Below are positions 42,948 through 53,940 of a DNA stretch of 64,000 nucleotides, one piece after another. Source of the DNA: an uncultured Planctomycetaceae bacterium (GTDB taxonomy: Bacteria > Planctomycetota > Planctomycetia > Planctomycetales > Planctomycetaceae); NCBI GenBank assembly GCA_963815195.1, contig CAWFGE010000021.1, positions 1-64,000 on the forward strand, written 5' to 3'. Within the stretch, counting starts at the first letter, position 1; every line of letters starts with the position of its first letter. Both the position numbers and the translations under genes were made by a program. The notes beneath the pieces were generated by a model that worked only from the letters and a program-made list of their open reading frames with translations, was not told the origin of the DNA and made no database searches.

Positions 42948-43408
42948 TGAATGCAGGAGAAGTTTTGAATTTTCGGGAACTCTGGGGACTCAGGAAACGT
43001 CGCATATTCATGCGGGGTTGTTTTCAGTCCCGAATCCTCTCAATCCTTTCCAAAAATCACCAACATTTCGAACGAATGCCAACATCGGCTGCATATCTAC
43101 CGTAGGAACATGATATAGAAAACTTGATGCGACTTCATGGGGAACACCGGGGCGGTCCCGGTCCTTTCCTGGAAGATTGGCGGCTAATTTGCCGAGGTTT
43201 CCGTTTATTATTGACTTTTGCAAAACTGCTGTGTTAGCTTAGGTTTAGGAAAAAGTTTGCATTCTGCACACTTCTTGAGTCTCACGATCCTTTCAAAACT
43301 TCCTCCCCCGTCTGGGGGGAGTTAATTCACGATTAAAGTCCATTCGTTCCCGGGTTCGCCTGGAACCTGGGAATCATGCTGGCGTTTTTCTCTGGAGAAG
43401 ACAACACC

Positions 43409-45781
43409 ATGGCGGAAAATCAAGGTGTCTGGGGCATTGAAATTGGTCAGGCGGGCCTTAAGGCGATCCGCCTGCGTTATGCGGAAGCCGCCGAGCAGGT
43501 GTTGGCGGTGGCGTTCGATTATGTTCCGCACCCCAAGATTTTGAGTCAACCCGACGCCGTGCCTTCTGAATTGATCCCCCAGGCGCTCAGCAAGTTTCTC
43601 GAGCGCAACGATCTCAAGGGGGATAAGGTCGTGATCAGCGTGCCCGGGCAGACGGCTCTTGCGCGGTTCATCCAACTCCCGCCGGTGCCGGCTCCCAAGG
43701 TTCCGGAGATCGTCAAGTTCGAGGCCCGCCAGCAGATTCCGTTCGCCCTCGAAGACGTGATCTGGGATTATCAGGTGCTCTCGGTGGGCAGCGAAGAAGC
43801 GGACTTCATGCTGGATGCCGAGGTCGGGTTGTTCGCGATGAAGCGCGACCAGGTGCTGGAGCAGCTCAACCCGTTCACGGCGTTCAAGGTGGAAGTCGAT
43901 CAAATTCAGATCGCTCCCTTGGGGCTCTATAACGTCCTGTATTATGACCAGATGGGGCTCCGCCTGGACGGGGAAGAGAAAAGCCGCGACGAGCATTACA
44001 TCATTCTCGACATGGGCGCGGACAACACCACCCTCGTCGTGACCAATGGGGCGAAGATCTGGATCAGAAACGTCCCCGTGGGCGGGAACCACTTCACGCG
44101 GGCGCTGACCAAGGAAATGAAGCTGACATTCGCCAAGGCCGAGCATCTCAAATGCAACGCCACCAAGTCCCCCGATCCGCGGGCGGTGTTCAAGGCGCTG
44201 CAGCCCGTGTTTAACGACTACGTCTCGGAAATCCAGCGGTCGATCGGGTATTTTTCGAGCGTGAATCGCAGCGCCAAGATCAAAAAGCTGATCGGCGTGG
44301 GCAACGGGTTCAAGCTGGCGGGCCTGCAGAAATTCCTCCAGCAAAACCTGACGCAATTCGAAGTCGAACGGCTCTCGGGCTACAAGGCGTTGGTCGGCGA
44401 CAACGTGCTCAACGCGAACCTGTTCGAGGAAAACCTGCTCACCTTCGCCGTGCCTTACGGGCTGGCACTTCAGGGGCTCGACCTCACGAAGATCCACACG
44501 AGTCTGTTGCCGCCGGAGATTGCGACCGCCCGCAAGATCCGCGAGAAAAAGCCCTGGGCGGCGGCCGCGGCCGCCGCGATGCTGGTCGGCGTTTCGCTGT
44601 CGGCGGTCGGTTATGCCCGCGTGCAGGATTCGGTGAGTACGGAGCGGTTTGGAGAGGCCGAGCAAAAAGTCGCCGGCTTCAATTCCACCGTGACCAATTT
44701 CAAGACCGAGTACGAGACCCGGACGAAAAAGCACGATGAGATCGTGGCCACGGGGCGGGTGTTGATCGATCAACTCAACGCCCGCGAGAACTGGCTGGAA
44801 GTTTATAAGGCGATCAATGACTGCCTGCCTCACGAGGAGGGAAAAGACTTCGACGAGAAGAATATCGAGCTGCGAAACCTGATGAAGCTGAAAGTGATCA
44901 ACGTCCAGAAGCTGCCGGATCTGGATACGATGTGGTATGCGAAGCTGCTGCCCAACCAGTACGGTTCGATGCAGAAAAATGACCTCAAGCCGCCCAAAGG
45001 TCCGGGGTATCTGTTTACGCTGCAGGGATGCCATTATCACCACGAGGAAAAAAAGGAGATCATGCAGGCGGACACCTATGTGAAACACACGCTGCTAAAG
45101 AACCTCCAACAATGGGCCACGAAGGAGCACTATGCGCCGGTGCGGAAGATCGGGATCACGCATGCCGTCATGATCTATGCGGACACCAACCCGAAGCTTT
45201 ACTGGTACTCGCCGGACCTCCGCGAGCAAAGGCTGCTCATGGGTCAGCAGCCGGGGGTGGGAAACTTCGGCGGCACGGGAGACATGGGAGACGAGGCCGG
45301 GGCTCCGGCGGCCCCGATGCCCATGGGCGAGGAAGGCGAAGAAGGCGGCGTCAAGCCGGCCGACGTTTCCAATCGCCAGAAAATCCACCGCACCGAGTTC
45401 ATGATCCAGTTTGTCTGGCAGCCGGTGCCCAAGGATGAGCGAGAGGTCAACAACATCATGTACGACCAGCTCATCGCCTACCAGGCCCAGAACAAGAACC
45501 TGGATTTGCCGTTCGATCAAATCCAGCAGGCCGTGAACGAGAAGAATAAAAAAATCGCGGAAAGCAACGCGAAAACCCGGGACGACAACGCCACGTTGCC
45601 CGAAGGCGACGCCAGCCGGCAACCCCTACAGGAGCCGCTGAAAGTCACGCAGGAGCAATACGACGCCTTCAAGCAGAGGTTCATGGTGCCCGGAACGCCC
45701 GAGACCTATCCGAAAGGCGCGACGGCCCCGGCGGGCGGGGACAGCGCCGGTATGGACTCCGCGGCCGCCGACGGCCATTAG
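43409..45781 (+). CDS. pilM: Type IV pilus assembly protein PilM with long C-terminal extension
   Basis: WGIEIGQAGLKA, VKFEARQQIPF, LDMGADNT, GGNHFT, EIQRSIGYF, FAVPYGLALQG, then a TM segment and PilN-like region. Confidence 0.9.
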   Translation: MAENQGVWGIEIGQAGLKAIRLRYAEAAEQVLAVAFDYVPHPKILSQPDAVPSELIPQALSKFLERNDLKGDKVVISVPGQTALARFIQLPPVPAPKVPEIVKFEARQQIPFALEDVIWDYQVLSVGSEEADFMLDAEVGLFAMKRDQVLEQLNPFTAFKVEVDQIQIAPLGLYNVLYYDQMGLRLDGEEKSRDEHYIILDMGADNTTLVVTNGAKIWIRNVPVGGNHFTRALTKEMKLTFAKAEHLKCNATKSPDPRAVFKALQPVFNDYVSEIQRSIGYFSSVNRSAKIKKLIGVGNGFKLAGLQKFLQQNLTQFEVERLSGYKALVGDNVLNANLFEENLLTFAVPYGLALQGLDLTKIHTSLLPPEIATARKIREKKPWAAAAAAAMLVGVSLSAVGYARVQDSVSTERFGEAEQKVAGFNSTVTNFKTEYETRTKKHDEIVATGRVLIDQLNARENWLEVYKAINDCLPHEEGKDFDEKNIELRNLMKLKVINVQKLPDLDTMWYAKLLPNQYGSMQKNDLKPPKGPGYLFTLQGCHYHHEEKKEIMQADTYVKHTLLKNLQQWATKEHYAPVRKIGITHAVMIYADTNPKLYWYSPDLREQRLLMGQQPGVGNFGGTGDMGDEAGAPAAPMPMGEEGEEGGVKPADVSNRQKIHRTEFMIQFVWQPVPKDEREVNNIMYDQLIAYQAQNKNLDLPFDQIQQAVNEKNKKIAESNAKTRDDNATLPEGDASRQPLQEPLKVTQEQYDAFKQRFMVPGTPETYPKGATAPAGGDSAGMDSAAADGH

Positions 45782-45948
45782 TCCGCCACGTTTTGGCCCG
45801 GCGGAGCGCGAAAAGATTTTTGCGGCGGCCGGAACTTGTGAGATTTTGAATTCGTCCAACAGGTAAGAGGGATCGCGGAGCCGAAGCGTTGACTCGGTTT
45901 TTTCCGCTCCCTCGCGACTCCTCCATCAGAAAGACATCGAGGCCCGAC

Positions 45949-47922
45949 ATGGAAAAACTTCAGCCTCTCATCAAGCACAAATACTGGGTCATCGGCGGTG
46001 CGGCGCTCTTGTTGCCGTTCATCGGCTGGTGGGTGAGCACGGTCGCCGCCGCGAAACATATCGACGAACGCATTCAAACGTTGTCGGCGCTGAATGTGTC
46101 CTCGGGCAGCAACACGCCCAATAAGGACTACATCGATCACATCGAAGACGTCAACAAGGTCTTGGACGGTCGTCAGATGAAGCTGTCCACCCGGTTGTAC
46201 GAGGAGCAAGAACGCCTGCACACATGGCCGGGCGTTCTGCCGAAGTACATGAAAGACAAAAAATACCGCGAGCAGGCGGACGACCAGGCGCTCCGGCTTT
46301 ACGCCCGGTTTCACCTGAATGAGATCGACGAGATGCTGAAGTTCGTTCGCCAATACAATTCCTCTTATTCGACGGACGAAAAGGGCCGGCCAATCATTCA
46401 GGAAACGGGCGTGCTCGAGATCGATAAGCAAAACATCCCGCACGTCGAGCGGGCGCGATGGGAGAGAACCCGTCCCACCTCGGACGAAATGTGGGACACC
46501 CAGGAAGATGTGTGGCTGACGTGGGAGGTTTTGAAAGCCGTCAATGACGTGAATGCCGATGCCACCAAGATCAGCGATGCCCCGATTCGCCAGCTTTTGA
46601 CGCTCCAACTCCGCGGCGGTTCCCGCGCCGAAGAATCGGCAGCGCCCGCGCAAGGTTCGCCGATGGGCGACGGCGACGAGAACTCCGCGCCTTCCAGCGC
46701 TCCCGCTGGCTTTACCGGCGGAGACTCCACGGTGGATGGAATGGGCGGAGGATCGGGTCTCCCGTCTCTCCAGGTCAACCCGGATTCGGTGCTGGGTTCC
46801 GACGCGTTGCAAACCGCGTCCACCGGCGGAGACAGCGATTCCGCTCCCCCGCCCGTGGTGCCCGGCGGCGGTCCGATCGGAGGCGGCATGGGCGGCATGG
46901 GCGGCAACTCGCAACCCAAGCGGCGCTACGTCGATGATTCTCCCGACTTGCCCTACAAGACCCGCGGATTCTATCTCGAAGTCACGATGGTCCATGACAA
47001 GTTGCCCGAACTGCAAGCGGCCTTGGTGAGCATGGATTGGCCCACAGAGTTGTTGCTCGTCCAGCAGGTTTCCCTGCACGAGGACGAAATCGCGCCCGTT
47101 GTGGACAGTGATTCGAGCTCGACGATGCGGCGGGGTATGCCCAGTCGAATCGGCGGAGGCGGCGGACGCAACGGCGGAGTCTTTCCACAACGAACGCAAA
47201 TGCCCGGCTTTCCTCGCACGAATTCGAGATTTGGCGCTCCCGGCGGCCTTGGAGGCGGCGGACGCAACGGCGGATTCACGACGCCGCGAATGCCGATGCC
47301 GCAATTCAATCAAGGAGCCAGCTCGCGCAGCGGCGGGACATCGTTTAACCGCGGCGGGTTCAACAACCGCTTCCCCATGGCGGACCCGATGGGAGGCGGC
47401 CGAGGTTTCTCACCGATGGGCGATATGGGCGGGGACGATCAACGCGCCCCTGCGACCTCCTACGACATGGCCATGAGCGACCCGTACCTCGCGCATGTCG
47501 GAATCGTCGGTTTGATGACGATTTACCGCTCTCCGGAAGAGATGGCCGACAAAGGCGAGAACGCCGGGGCAACGGCCGATGCGGCCCCGTCCGCTCAAAC
47601 CGAACCTCAGCCCGTCCAAACGCCGGGCGGGAATGCCACGCCGGAATCCGCGGAACCGGGCACGCAAACTCCACCGGCCGCCACTCCGGACGGGAACGCC
47701 ACGCCGGAGAACCCCGCGAATCCCGCCACGCCCCCGGCGGCCCCGATGAATCAAACGCCCCCGGCGAATCCGATGAATCAAACGCCCCCGGCGAATCCGA
47801 TGAATCAAACCCCGCCTAATGCGGGCTCGGCTCCCAACACTCCGGAGCCTCCGATGAAAAACGACAACCCCGCTCCCGCTCCAAAATCCAATCCGCAGCC
47901 CGCGAAGCCGGCGGACGAATGA
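45949..47922 (+). CDS. Pilus-cluster hypothetical protein with Gly/Pro-rich low-complexity regions
   Basis: N-terminal TM; follows pilM; RRYVD...YKTRGFYLEV core. Confidence 0.75.
   Translation: MEKLQPLIKHKYWVIGGAALLLPFIGWWVSTVAAAKHIDERIQTLSALNVSSGSNTPNKDYIDHIEDVNKVLDGRQMKLSTRLYEEQERLHTWPGVLPKYMKDKKYREQADDQALRLYARFHLNEIDEMLKFVRQYNSSYSTDEKGRPIIQETGVLEIDKQNIPHVERARWERTRPTSDEMWDTQEDVWLTWEVLKAVNDVNADATKISDAPIRQLLTLQLRGGSRAEESAAPAQGSPMGDGDENSAPSSAPAGFTGGDSTVDGMGGGSGLPSLQVNPDSVLGSDALQTASTGGDSDSAPPPVVPGGGPIGGGMGGMGGNSQPKRRYVDDSPDLPYKTRGFYLEVTMVHDKLPELQAALVSMDWPTELLLVQQVSLHEDEIAPVVDSDSSSTMRRGMPSRIGGGGGRNGGVFPQRTQMPGFPRTNSRFGAPGGLGGGGRNGGFTTPRMPMPQFNQGASSRSGGTSFNRGGFNNRFPMADPMGGGRGFSPMGDMGGDDQRAPATSYDMAMSDPYLAHVGIVGLMTIYRSPEEMADKGENAGATADAAPSAQTEPQPVQTPGGNATPESAEPGTQTPPAATPDGNATPENPANPATPPAAPMNQTPPANPMNQTPPANPMNQTPPNAGSAPNTPEPPMKNDNPAPAPKSNPQPAKPADE
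47743..47816 (+). repeat. Coding 27-bp tandem repeat, ~3 copies (PMNQTPPAN)
   Basis: CCGATGAATCAAACGCCCCCGGCGAAT repeated. Confidence 0.9.
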
Positions 47923-47987
47923 GCGGTCGGTCTTTTCCCTGCAATCCCTCAAGCGCAATTCTTTAGTTCGCCTAGACGGAGTCGGTC

Positions 47988-50303
47988 ATGAAATTATCCG
48001 CAGAACGATTGAAGAGCATCGACTGGAAACAGTTGGGCGTAAATCACGGCGAGAAAATCACGCTCGCCGTGGTTGGGCTGGTGGTGGTGTTGATTCTCTT
48101 TACAGGGACTCGCTGGAAGACCTACCAGGAGAAACAGCCCGGCGACTTGCTGTCCAACGTGCAAACCCAGGAAGAGGCGCTGACCCAGGCGACCTGGCCC
48201 AAGTCGGAGCAGGAAATCTACACCAAACGCTACGATGTGCGCACGGTGTACGACAACTCGTATTCCGTGGTCAACGCGGGAAATTTTAAATACCCGCCGG
48301 GCCATCCGATGTTCTGGCCGCTGCACCGCCAGCAGGAACCCATCGAGGAACCGCAATGGCTCACCGTGCAATATGTGCTGGCCACCGCCGGGAATTTTGT
48401 GTTGGAACTGCCTCCGCCGGGACAAGAGCCGGTGTACGATGGGGCCGAGGCCCTTGCGGAGGCCAATAACGCCGGCAAGGCCGAAACGAGGGCAGAGGCG
48501 ATTCTAAAGCAGTTCGAGACTGGTGGCGGTCCCACCCAGGGTGGGCCGGAAGGCGTGGACGGCGGTTATGCCCCGGGCAATTCTCCGCCCAGGGCCAATA
48601 GGAATCCGATGCCGATGGGAGAGATGGGCGATATGGGAGACATGGGCGACATGGCGGACGGAGACATGGGCACGGGCGAAACCGGAGTCGTGGTCAATTC
48701 CCGCGGCGTGCGGTTTATTTCCGTGCGGGGCGTGTACCCTCTCCGGGAGCAGGCGAAGAAGATTCTCGAAGCCCGGCACGATCCCCGTCCGATCAATCCG
48801 CGGAGCCTGGTGCTGTTCAAGGATTTCGAGCTGCAACGGCAACAGGCCAAGCCGGGCCCGAATCCCTGGAGCGATGACGACAAGGATTGGAAAAGCGTGG
48901 ACCGGACTGCCATGGAAGAGATCCTCACGAAAGCGGCGAATTATTCCGAGGATGTGGTGGACATCAACGATACGGATTGGGTCTTTACGATGCCCTTGCC
49001 CATGCGGCTCACCGGGCGGTGGATTCCCTACTTCGTGGGGCATCCCAAGATCAAGACCCTGACCGAACGAGAGATCGAGATTCGCCGAATGCTGAACGAG
49101 CAGCTCGTGCAGCTGGAGAAGGAAGCCAAGTCGACGGCGGAGGACTCGGACTTGCCCGGCGGTTTTGCCGACTTTCAGCGGAATCTGGCGGGCATTCAAT
49201 CGGATGTGGCCGGCGACGAAACCCAAATGCGGCGTTTGATGTCGGGCATGCAGGAAATGTACGATCCGGAAAACCCGGGGGCATTTCAGAAGGAAGGCTA
49301 CGAAGGCATGACGCAGGGCATGCTCAGCCAAACTCCGGAGTACCTGCTATTCCGCTATCTCGATTTTGACGTGGAACCCGGCCAGGCTTACCGCTATCGG
49401 GTGCGGCTGAAAGTCTACAACCCCCACCACGATGAGCCTTTGGAAAACGTGGCCTCGCCCAAAGTCGTGGACGGCAAATACCGCGAGACCCCGTGGTCCA
49501 AACCCACCACGGTCGCCGTGATGCCCGAGGACACCAAATTCTTTGTCGAGGACATCACACCCCCGCGGGGACCGAACGAACCCAAAGCCAAAGTCGATTT
49601 CTTCCAATGGCTTTCGGACGTCGGCACCACCGCCCACAAGGAACTCGAAGTGCAGAAGGGCCAGATCATCGGGCAACCGAAACCCAAGACCAAGATCGAA
49701 GCGTCCGGCGAAGAGGTGGTCGTCGACCCGAAGGATGAGAAAATGGAAGTGGAAGTGCTGCGTCCCTTTCAAAGCTTCAAGCCCGAACCCATCGAGTTGA
49801 CCACCAACGACGCCGTTGTGGACTTGGTCGCCCCGCCGGCGAAATTCCAGCCTCGCGAATTCCACGCCGACTTGAAGATTTGGGACCAGCGGAAGGAATG
49901 GCAAGGCGTGGTCAAGCCGCTGAGCCAGATGCTTATCGTCAACGAGTATGGCGAGTTGGAGAACCGCAATCCGTTGGCCCAACTCCAGGACCATTCTCTC
50001 GCGACGGTGATTCTGGAACGTGAATATCGCGATTTTGAATACTTGAAGGACGCCGGCAAAGACGAAGCGATGGGCGAGGACGGCATGATGGGCGATGAGG
50101 CGACGATGGATGACATGAACCAGCAGCTCTACCAGGCCGGAGGAGCCGGCCGCGGAGGCAAAGGAGGTGGTGGCCGCAGCGGAAAGAGCGCCCCAGGTTC
50201 GGCGGGCCGCAGCAGCCGGGGTGGTTCCGCGGGACCCGGCGGCGGCGGACGCAGCGCAAATCCCCTCCGCAGAACACGCCGGCGTGCCAACAACGACGCC
50301 TGA
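47988..50303 (+). CDS. Pilus-cluster hypothetical protein
   Basis: NHGEK plus TM at the N-terminus; LLFRYLDFDVEPGQAYRYRVRL...NP FN3-like motif. Confidence 0.75.
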   Translation: MKLSAERLKSIDWKQLGVNHGEKITLAVVGLVVVLILFTGTRWKTYQEKQPGDLLSNVQTQEEALTQATWPKSEQEIYTKRYDVRTVYDNSYSVVNAGNFKYPPGHPMFWPLHRQQEPIEEPQWLTVQYVLATAGNFVLELPPPGQEPVYDGAEALAEANNAGKAETRAEAILKQFETGGGPTQGGPEGVDGGYAPGNSPPRANRNPMPMGEMGDMGDMGDMADGDMGTGETGVVVNSRGVRFISVRGVYPLREQAKKILEARHDPRPINPRSLVLFKDFELQRQQAKPGPNPWSDDDKDWKSVDRTAMEEILTKAANYSEDVVDINDTDWVFTMPLPMRLTGRWIPYFVGHPKIKTLTEREIEIRRMLNEQLVQLEKEAKSTAEDSDLPGGFADFQRNLAGIQSDVAGDETQMRRLMSGMQEMYDPENPGAFQKEGYEGMTQGMLSQTPEYLLFRYLDFDVEPGQAYRYRVRLKVYNPHHDEPLENVASPKVVDGKYRETPWSKPTTVAVMPEDTKFFVEDITPPRGPNEPKAKVDFFQWLSDVGTTAHKELEVQKGQIIGQPKPKTKIEASGEEVVVDPKDEKMEVEVLRPFQSFKPEPIELTTNDAVVDLVAPPAKFQPREFHADLKIWDQRKEWQGVVKPLSQMLIVNEYGELENRNPLAQLQDHSLATVILEREYRDFEYLKDAGKDEAMGEDGMMGDEATMDDMNQQLYQAGGAGRGGKGGGGRSGKSAPGSAGRSSRGGSAGPGGGGRSANPLRRTRRRANNDA

Positions 50304-50327
50304 TCCGGCCCCGCTCGGTTTCTTTCC

Positions 50328-50370
50328 AGGCCGCCCGCTTTCACGAAAAGCGGCGGCCTGGTTTATTTTT
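50328..50370. terminator. Terminator between convergent genes
   Basis: AGGCCGCCCGCTTT-CACG-AAAAGCGGCGGCCT followed by a T-rich tail. Confidence 0.65.
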
Positions 50371-51785
50371 CCTCCGCCGGAAGACTCAACGCGGGGCAGG
50401 CGACCGGCCGGGAATCGGCCGGCGAGACGCCCATCGAAACGCCCGCAATCGTTTCCCAAAGTTCCGCCGCCATAAAAAACGAGCCGGTGCCGCAAACGAG
50501 ATCGTCGGCGTCCGCCAGCCGCCGGGCGAGATTCCACGCCTGGGGCGGCGTGCTCGCAGAGTGCACGAAACGCCCGCTGAGGCGCGGGCCATCCGGGCCA
50601 GCTTGTGGGCGGACATCCCGCGGGGATTGCCGGCAAATTGCGTCACCACGACCGTGTCAAATTCCGGCAAAAGGAGCCTGAGCATTCCCGCCACGTCCTT
50701 GTCCCGGCTGGCGGCGAAAATCAAGATTCGCCGGCGCGCGGAGAACTCGCGGCCGAGCGTTTCCAACAAGGCCGAGATCGACGCCCAGTTGTGGGCCACG
50801 TCCAAGACCACCGTGGGAGCGGTCTGGACGACTTCGACTCGCAGCGGGCACCGCGTCTTCGCCAGCCCCGCGCGCACGGCGTGTTCTTCGATCCGCCAAC
50901 CTTGCCGGTTGAGGCATTCGATCACGCCGACCGCCAACGCGGCATTCCGCAACTGATGGCGGCCGGCGAGCGGAATCTGAAGTCCCTCGTAACGGGCCCC
51001 GTGCGTGCGGACGGAACAGACTTGGGCTGCGGGGAACCGGGCGGCCGCCGGTTCGGTTTGAAGCTCGATGTCCCGGTCCAACGATATCAGCGGGGCGTTT
51101 TGCCGGTGGCAGACGGCTTCGATGACCCGATGCGCTTCGGGGACCTGCACACCCGAGATTGCGGGCACGCCGGGTTTGATGATCCCGGCTTTCTCCCCGG
51201 CGATTTCCGCGAGCGTACTGCCCAAGAGCCCGGTGTGGTCCCGGCTGATGCTGGTAATCACGCTGGCCAGCGGCCGGCAGACATTGGTGGCATCGAGCCG
51301 GCCGCCCAATCCCACTTCCAAAACGACAATCTCGACGTTCTGCGACAGAAACCACAACCAGCCCATCGCCATCGTGATTTCAAAAAACGTCGGCGAGGAT
51401 TGCCCGGGCGGCCGGTCCATACGGTCGGCTTCTTCCGCCACCCGGACCACGAGATCGACAATGTCCCCACGGCCGGGCATCCGGCCGTTGACTTGCATCC
51501 GCTCTTCAAACGCCGAGATGTGCGGCGACGTAAACAGCCCCACGCGAAGCCCCGCCGCCTCCAAGATCCCGGCCACCATCGCCGCCGTCGTGCCCTTGCC
51601 CTTGGTCCCGGCAATATGAATTGCGGGAACCGCCTCTTGCGGATCGCCCAACTGGGCCAGCAAATGCCGAACGCGATCCAACTTGAAATCCCGCGTCGAA
51701 TAACTATCCGTCTGGCGCGCTCGTAGTTAATCCGCCCATACAGGTATTCGATCGCCTGTTCGTACGTCGTAATCCGGTGGTCCAT
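50363..51785 (-). CDS. folC: Folylpolyglutamate/dihydrofolate synthase, frameshifts near 51700 and 50570
   Basis: HIAGTKGKGTT, FTSPH, TFFE, EVGLGGRLDATN, EKAGIIK, LDVAHN, GTGSFF. Confidence 0.92.
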
Positions 51786-52086
51786 CAGCAGGAGGAAATC
51801 TCCAAAAAAAGGTCGGAACGAATTCGTCCAAAGTATATCGATTCGGCGGGCAGAGGAATATGCAGGCTGCGGCTTCAGAAAACTTGCGTCGTGGTACATT
51901 TTTGGTGATTTTTCGGCTCTTCCGGCGAATCGGGGGGGCGGACGCTGATGATCTTTTTGTGTGATGATCAACCGCGGATTTTACCTCCCCTGGGGACGAA
52001 TTCCGCCGCTGGCGTGGCCAAACCCGCCGGGATTGAACACAATGGCGGGGAACTCCCACTCCGCCACTTTCAACGAGGATCCGGCC

Positions 52087-53853
52087 ATGAAACATCGGGT
52101 GATTGTGTTGATCGTCATTGCCTTTGCCGTTGCCCTGGGCTCTTCACTCAAGGCCGACGACAAACTCCTCGACACGTTCGATCGGCAGCAGCTCACCGGC
52201 GTGTATTATTCGGAAGGGGCCAACGCGGGGGATGTCAACGGCGACGGGAAGCCGGACATGGTGTACGGCCCGTATTGGTTCGAGGGGCCGGACTTCAAAA
52301 CGAAGCACGAAATCTACGCCCCCGTGCCGCAGAACCGCGAAGGCTACGCGAACAACTTTTTCTCCTGGCTTTATGACTTCAACGGCGACGGCTGGAACGA
52401 TGTGTTCGTCGTCGGCTTTCCCGGCACGCCGGCTTATGTTTACGAGAATCCCCAGAAAGCCGGGCTCGATCAGCATTGGCCGAAGCACCAGGTTTTCGAT
52501 TGGGTCTCCAACGAATCGCCGCAACTGACGAACCTCACCGGCGACGACAAGCCCGAACTCGTTTGCACCCGCGACGGCTACTTCGGCTTTGCCACGGTCA
52601 ATTGGGACAAGCCGTTCGAGGCCTGGAAGTTTCATCCCATCTCCGCCCAGATCACCGCCCGAAAATTCGGCCACGGCTTGGGCGTGGGCGATGTCAACGG
52701 CGACGGGCGGACCGATGTGATTCATCCCAAAGGCTGGTTCGAACAGCCGAAAGACAACCCCGAAACCTCCCGCTGGATTTCGCACGAGGCGTCCTTCTCC
52801 AACGCCTACGGCGGCGCGGAGATGTATGCTTACGACGTGGACGGCGACGGCGACAACGACATCATCACCAGCCAGGCCGCCCACGACTTCGGCCTGAGCT
52901 GGTACGAGCAAATCGCAGAAGGCGGCGAGGCGAAATTCAAACACCATCTCATCATGGGGTCGCATCCGGCCGAGAATCGCTACGGGGTTTTGTTTAGCGA
53001 ACTGCACTCCGTCAACCTGGCCGACATCGACGGCGACGGCCTGAAGGACATCGTCACCGGCAAGACGTATTACTCGCATCACAAGCAAAGCCCGCTGTGG
53101 GATGCCGGGGCGGTCGTGTATTGGTTCCGCCTCGTCCGCGGGAAAGACGGCGGCGTGGATTGGCTGCCTTACCAAGCCGACGGCGAAGCGGGCATCGGCC
53201 GGCAGTTGTCGATTGCCGATGTCAACGGCGATGGACTGCCGGACATCGTCGTGGGCGGGATGAAAGGCGCCCATGTCCTCCGCCACCAGAAGACGAAGGT
53301 CGATCAAGCCGTCTGGGCCGAGGCTCAGCCGAAGGTGTACCAAGGCCCGCCGCCGCCGTCCACCGAAGGGGCCAAGGCTTTGCGCGGACCCAAGGCCGAG
53401 ATCGACAAACAAACCGGCAAGGTCCCGGGGGCGTTGGAAGGCGAATCGCTCAAAGCCCAGGCCACCTTTGGCAAAGCCCAACCCCAAGACATGTCCAGAT
53501 TCCAAAGCGACAAGTGGAGCGGCAACTCGCAACTTTGGTGGACCGGAGCCAGGCCCGGCGACACGTTGACGCTCGCGCTGCCTCAGCAATCGGGGCCGGC
53601 GGATTTGGAAGTCGTCCTCACCTGCGCCCGGGATTACGGCATCGTGCAGCTCGCGCTCGACGGTGAGCCCTTGGGCAAACCCGTCGATCTTTACAGCCCC
53701 GACGTCGTCACCACCGGCGTGTTGTCGTTCCCCAAGCTGGAACTCAAGCCGGGCCCGCATTCTCTCACCGTGCAAATCGCCGGCGCGAACCCGAAAGCCG
53801 TCAAGTCATACATGTTCGCCCTGGATTACGTGCGGCTCAAACAGATGGATTGA
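52087..53853 (+). CDS. Secreted FG-GAP/VCBS repeat protein with C-terminal carbohydrate-binding-like domain
   Basis: Repeated DVNGDGxxD motifs; signal peptide. Confidence 0.88.
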   Translation: MKHRVIVLIVIAFAVALGSSLKADDKLLDTFDRQQLTGVYYSEGANAGDVNGDGKPDMVYGPYWFEGPDFKTKHEIYAPVPQNREGYANNFFSWLYDFNGDGWNDVFVVGFPGTPAYVYENPQKAGLDQHWPKHQVFDWVSNESPQLTNLTGDDKPELVCTRDGYFGFATVNWDKPFEAWKFHPISAQITARKFGHGLGVGDVNGDGRTDVIHPKGWFEQPKDNPETSRWISHEASFSNAYGGAEMYAYDVDGDGDNDIITSQAAHDFGLSWYEQIAEGGEAKFKHHLIMGSHPAENRYGVLFSELHSVNLADIDGDGLKDIVTGKTYYSHHKQSPLWDAGAVVYWFRLVRGKDGGVDWLPYQADGEAGIGRQLSIADVNGDGLPDIVVGGMKGAHVLRHQKTKVDQAVWAEAQPKVYQGPPPPSTEGAKALRGPKAEIDKQTGKVPGALEGESLKAQATFGKAQPQDMSRFQSDKWSGNSQLWWTGARPGDTLTLALPQQSGPADLEVVLTCARDYGIVQLALDGEPLGKPVDLYSPDVVTTGVLSFPKLELKPGPHSLTVQIAGANPKAVKSYMFALDYVRLKQMD

Positions 53854-53940
53854 TCGCACGCCGTGTAACGCAATCCGGGTGGCACGTCCTTGAGCGCAGC
53901 GAAGGGCGTGGCGATCGCAAAAGCACGCCAACGTTTCAAA

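Noticed and set aside
43322..45088. Long antisense ORFs (also 52144..53775, 26745..28106, 45778..47313 and 40251..41585)
   Set aside because: Shadow frames of well-supported genes in high-GC DNA; no recognisable motifs.
47743..47816. 27-bp direct repeats as a CRISPR array
   Set aside because: The repeats are contiguous without spacers, in frame within a Pro-rich coding region, and there are no cas genes.
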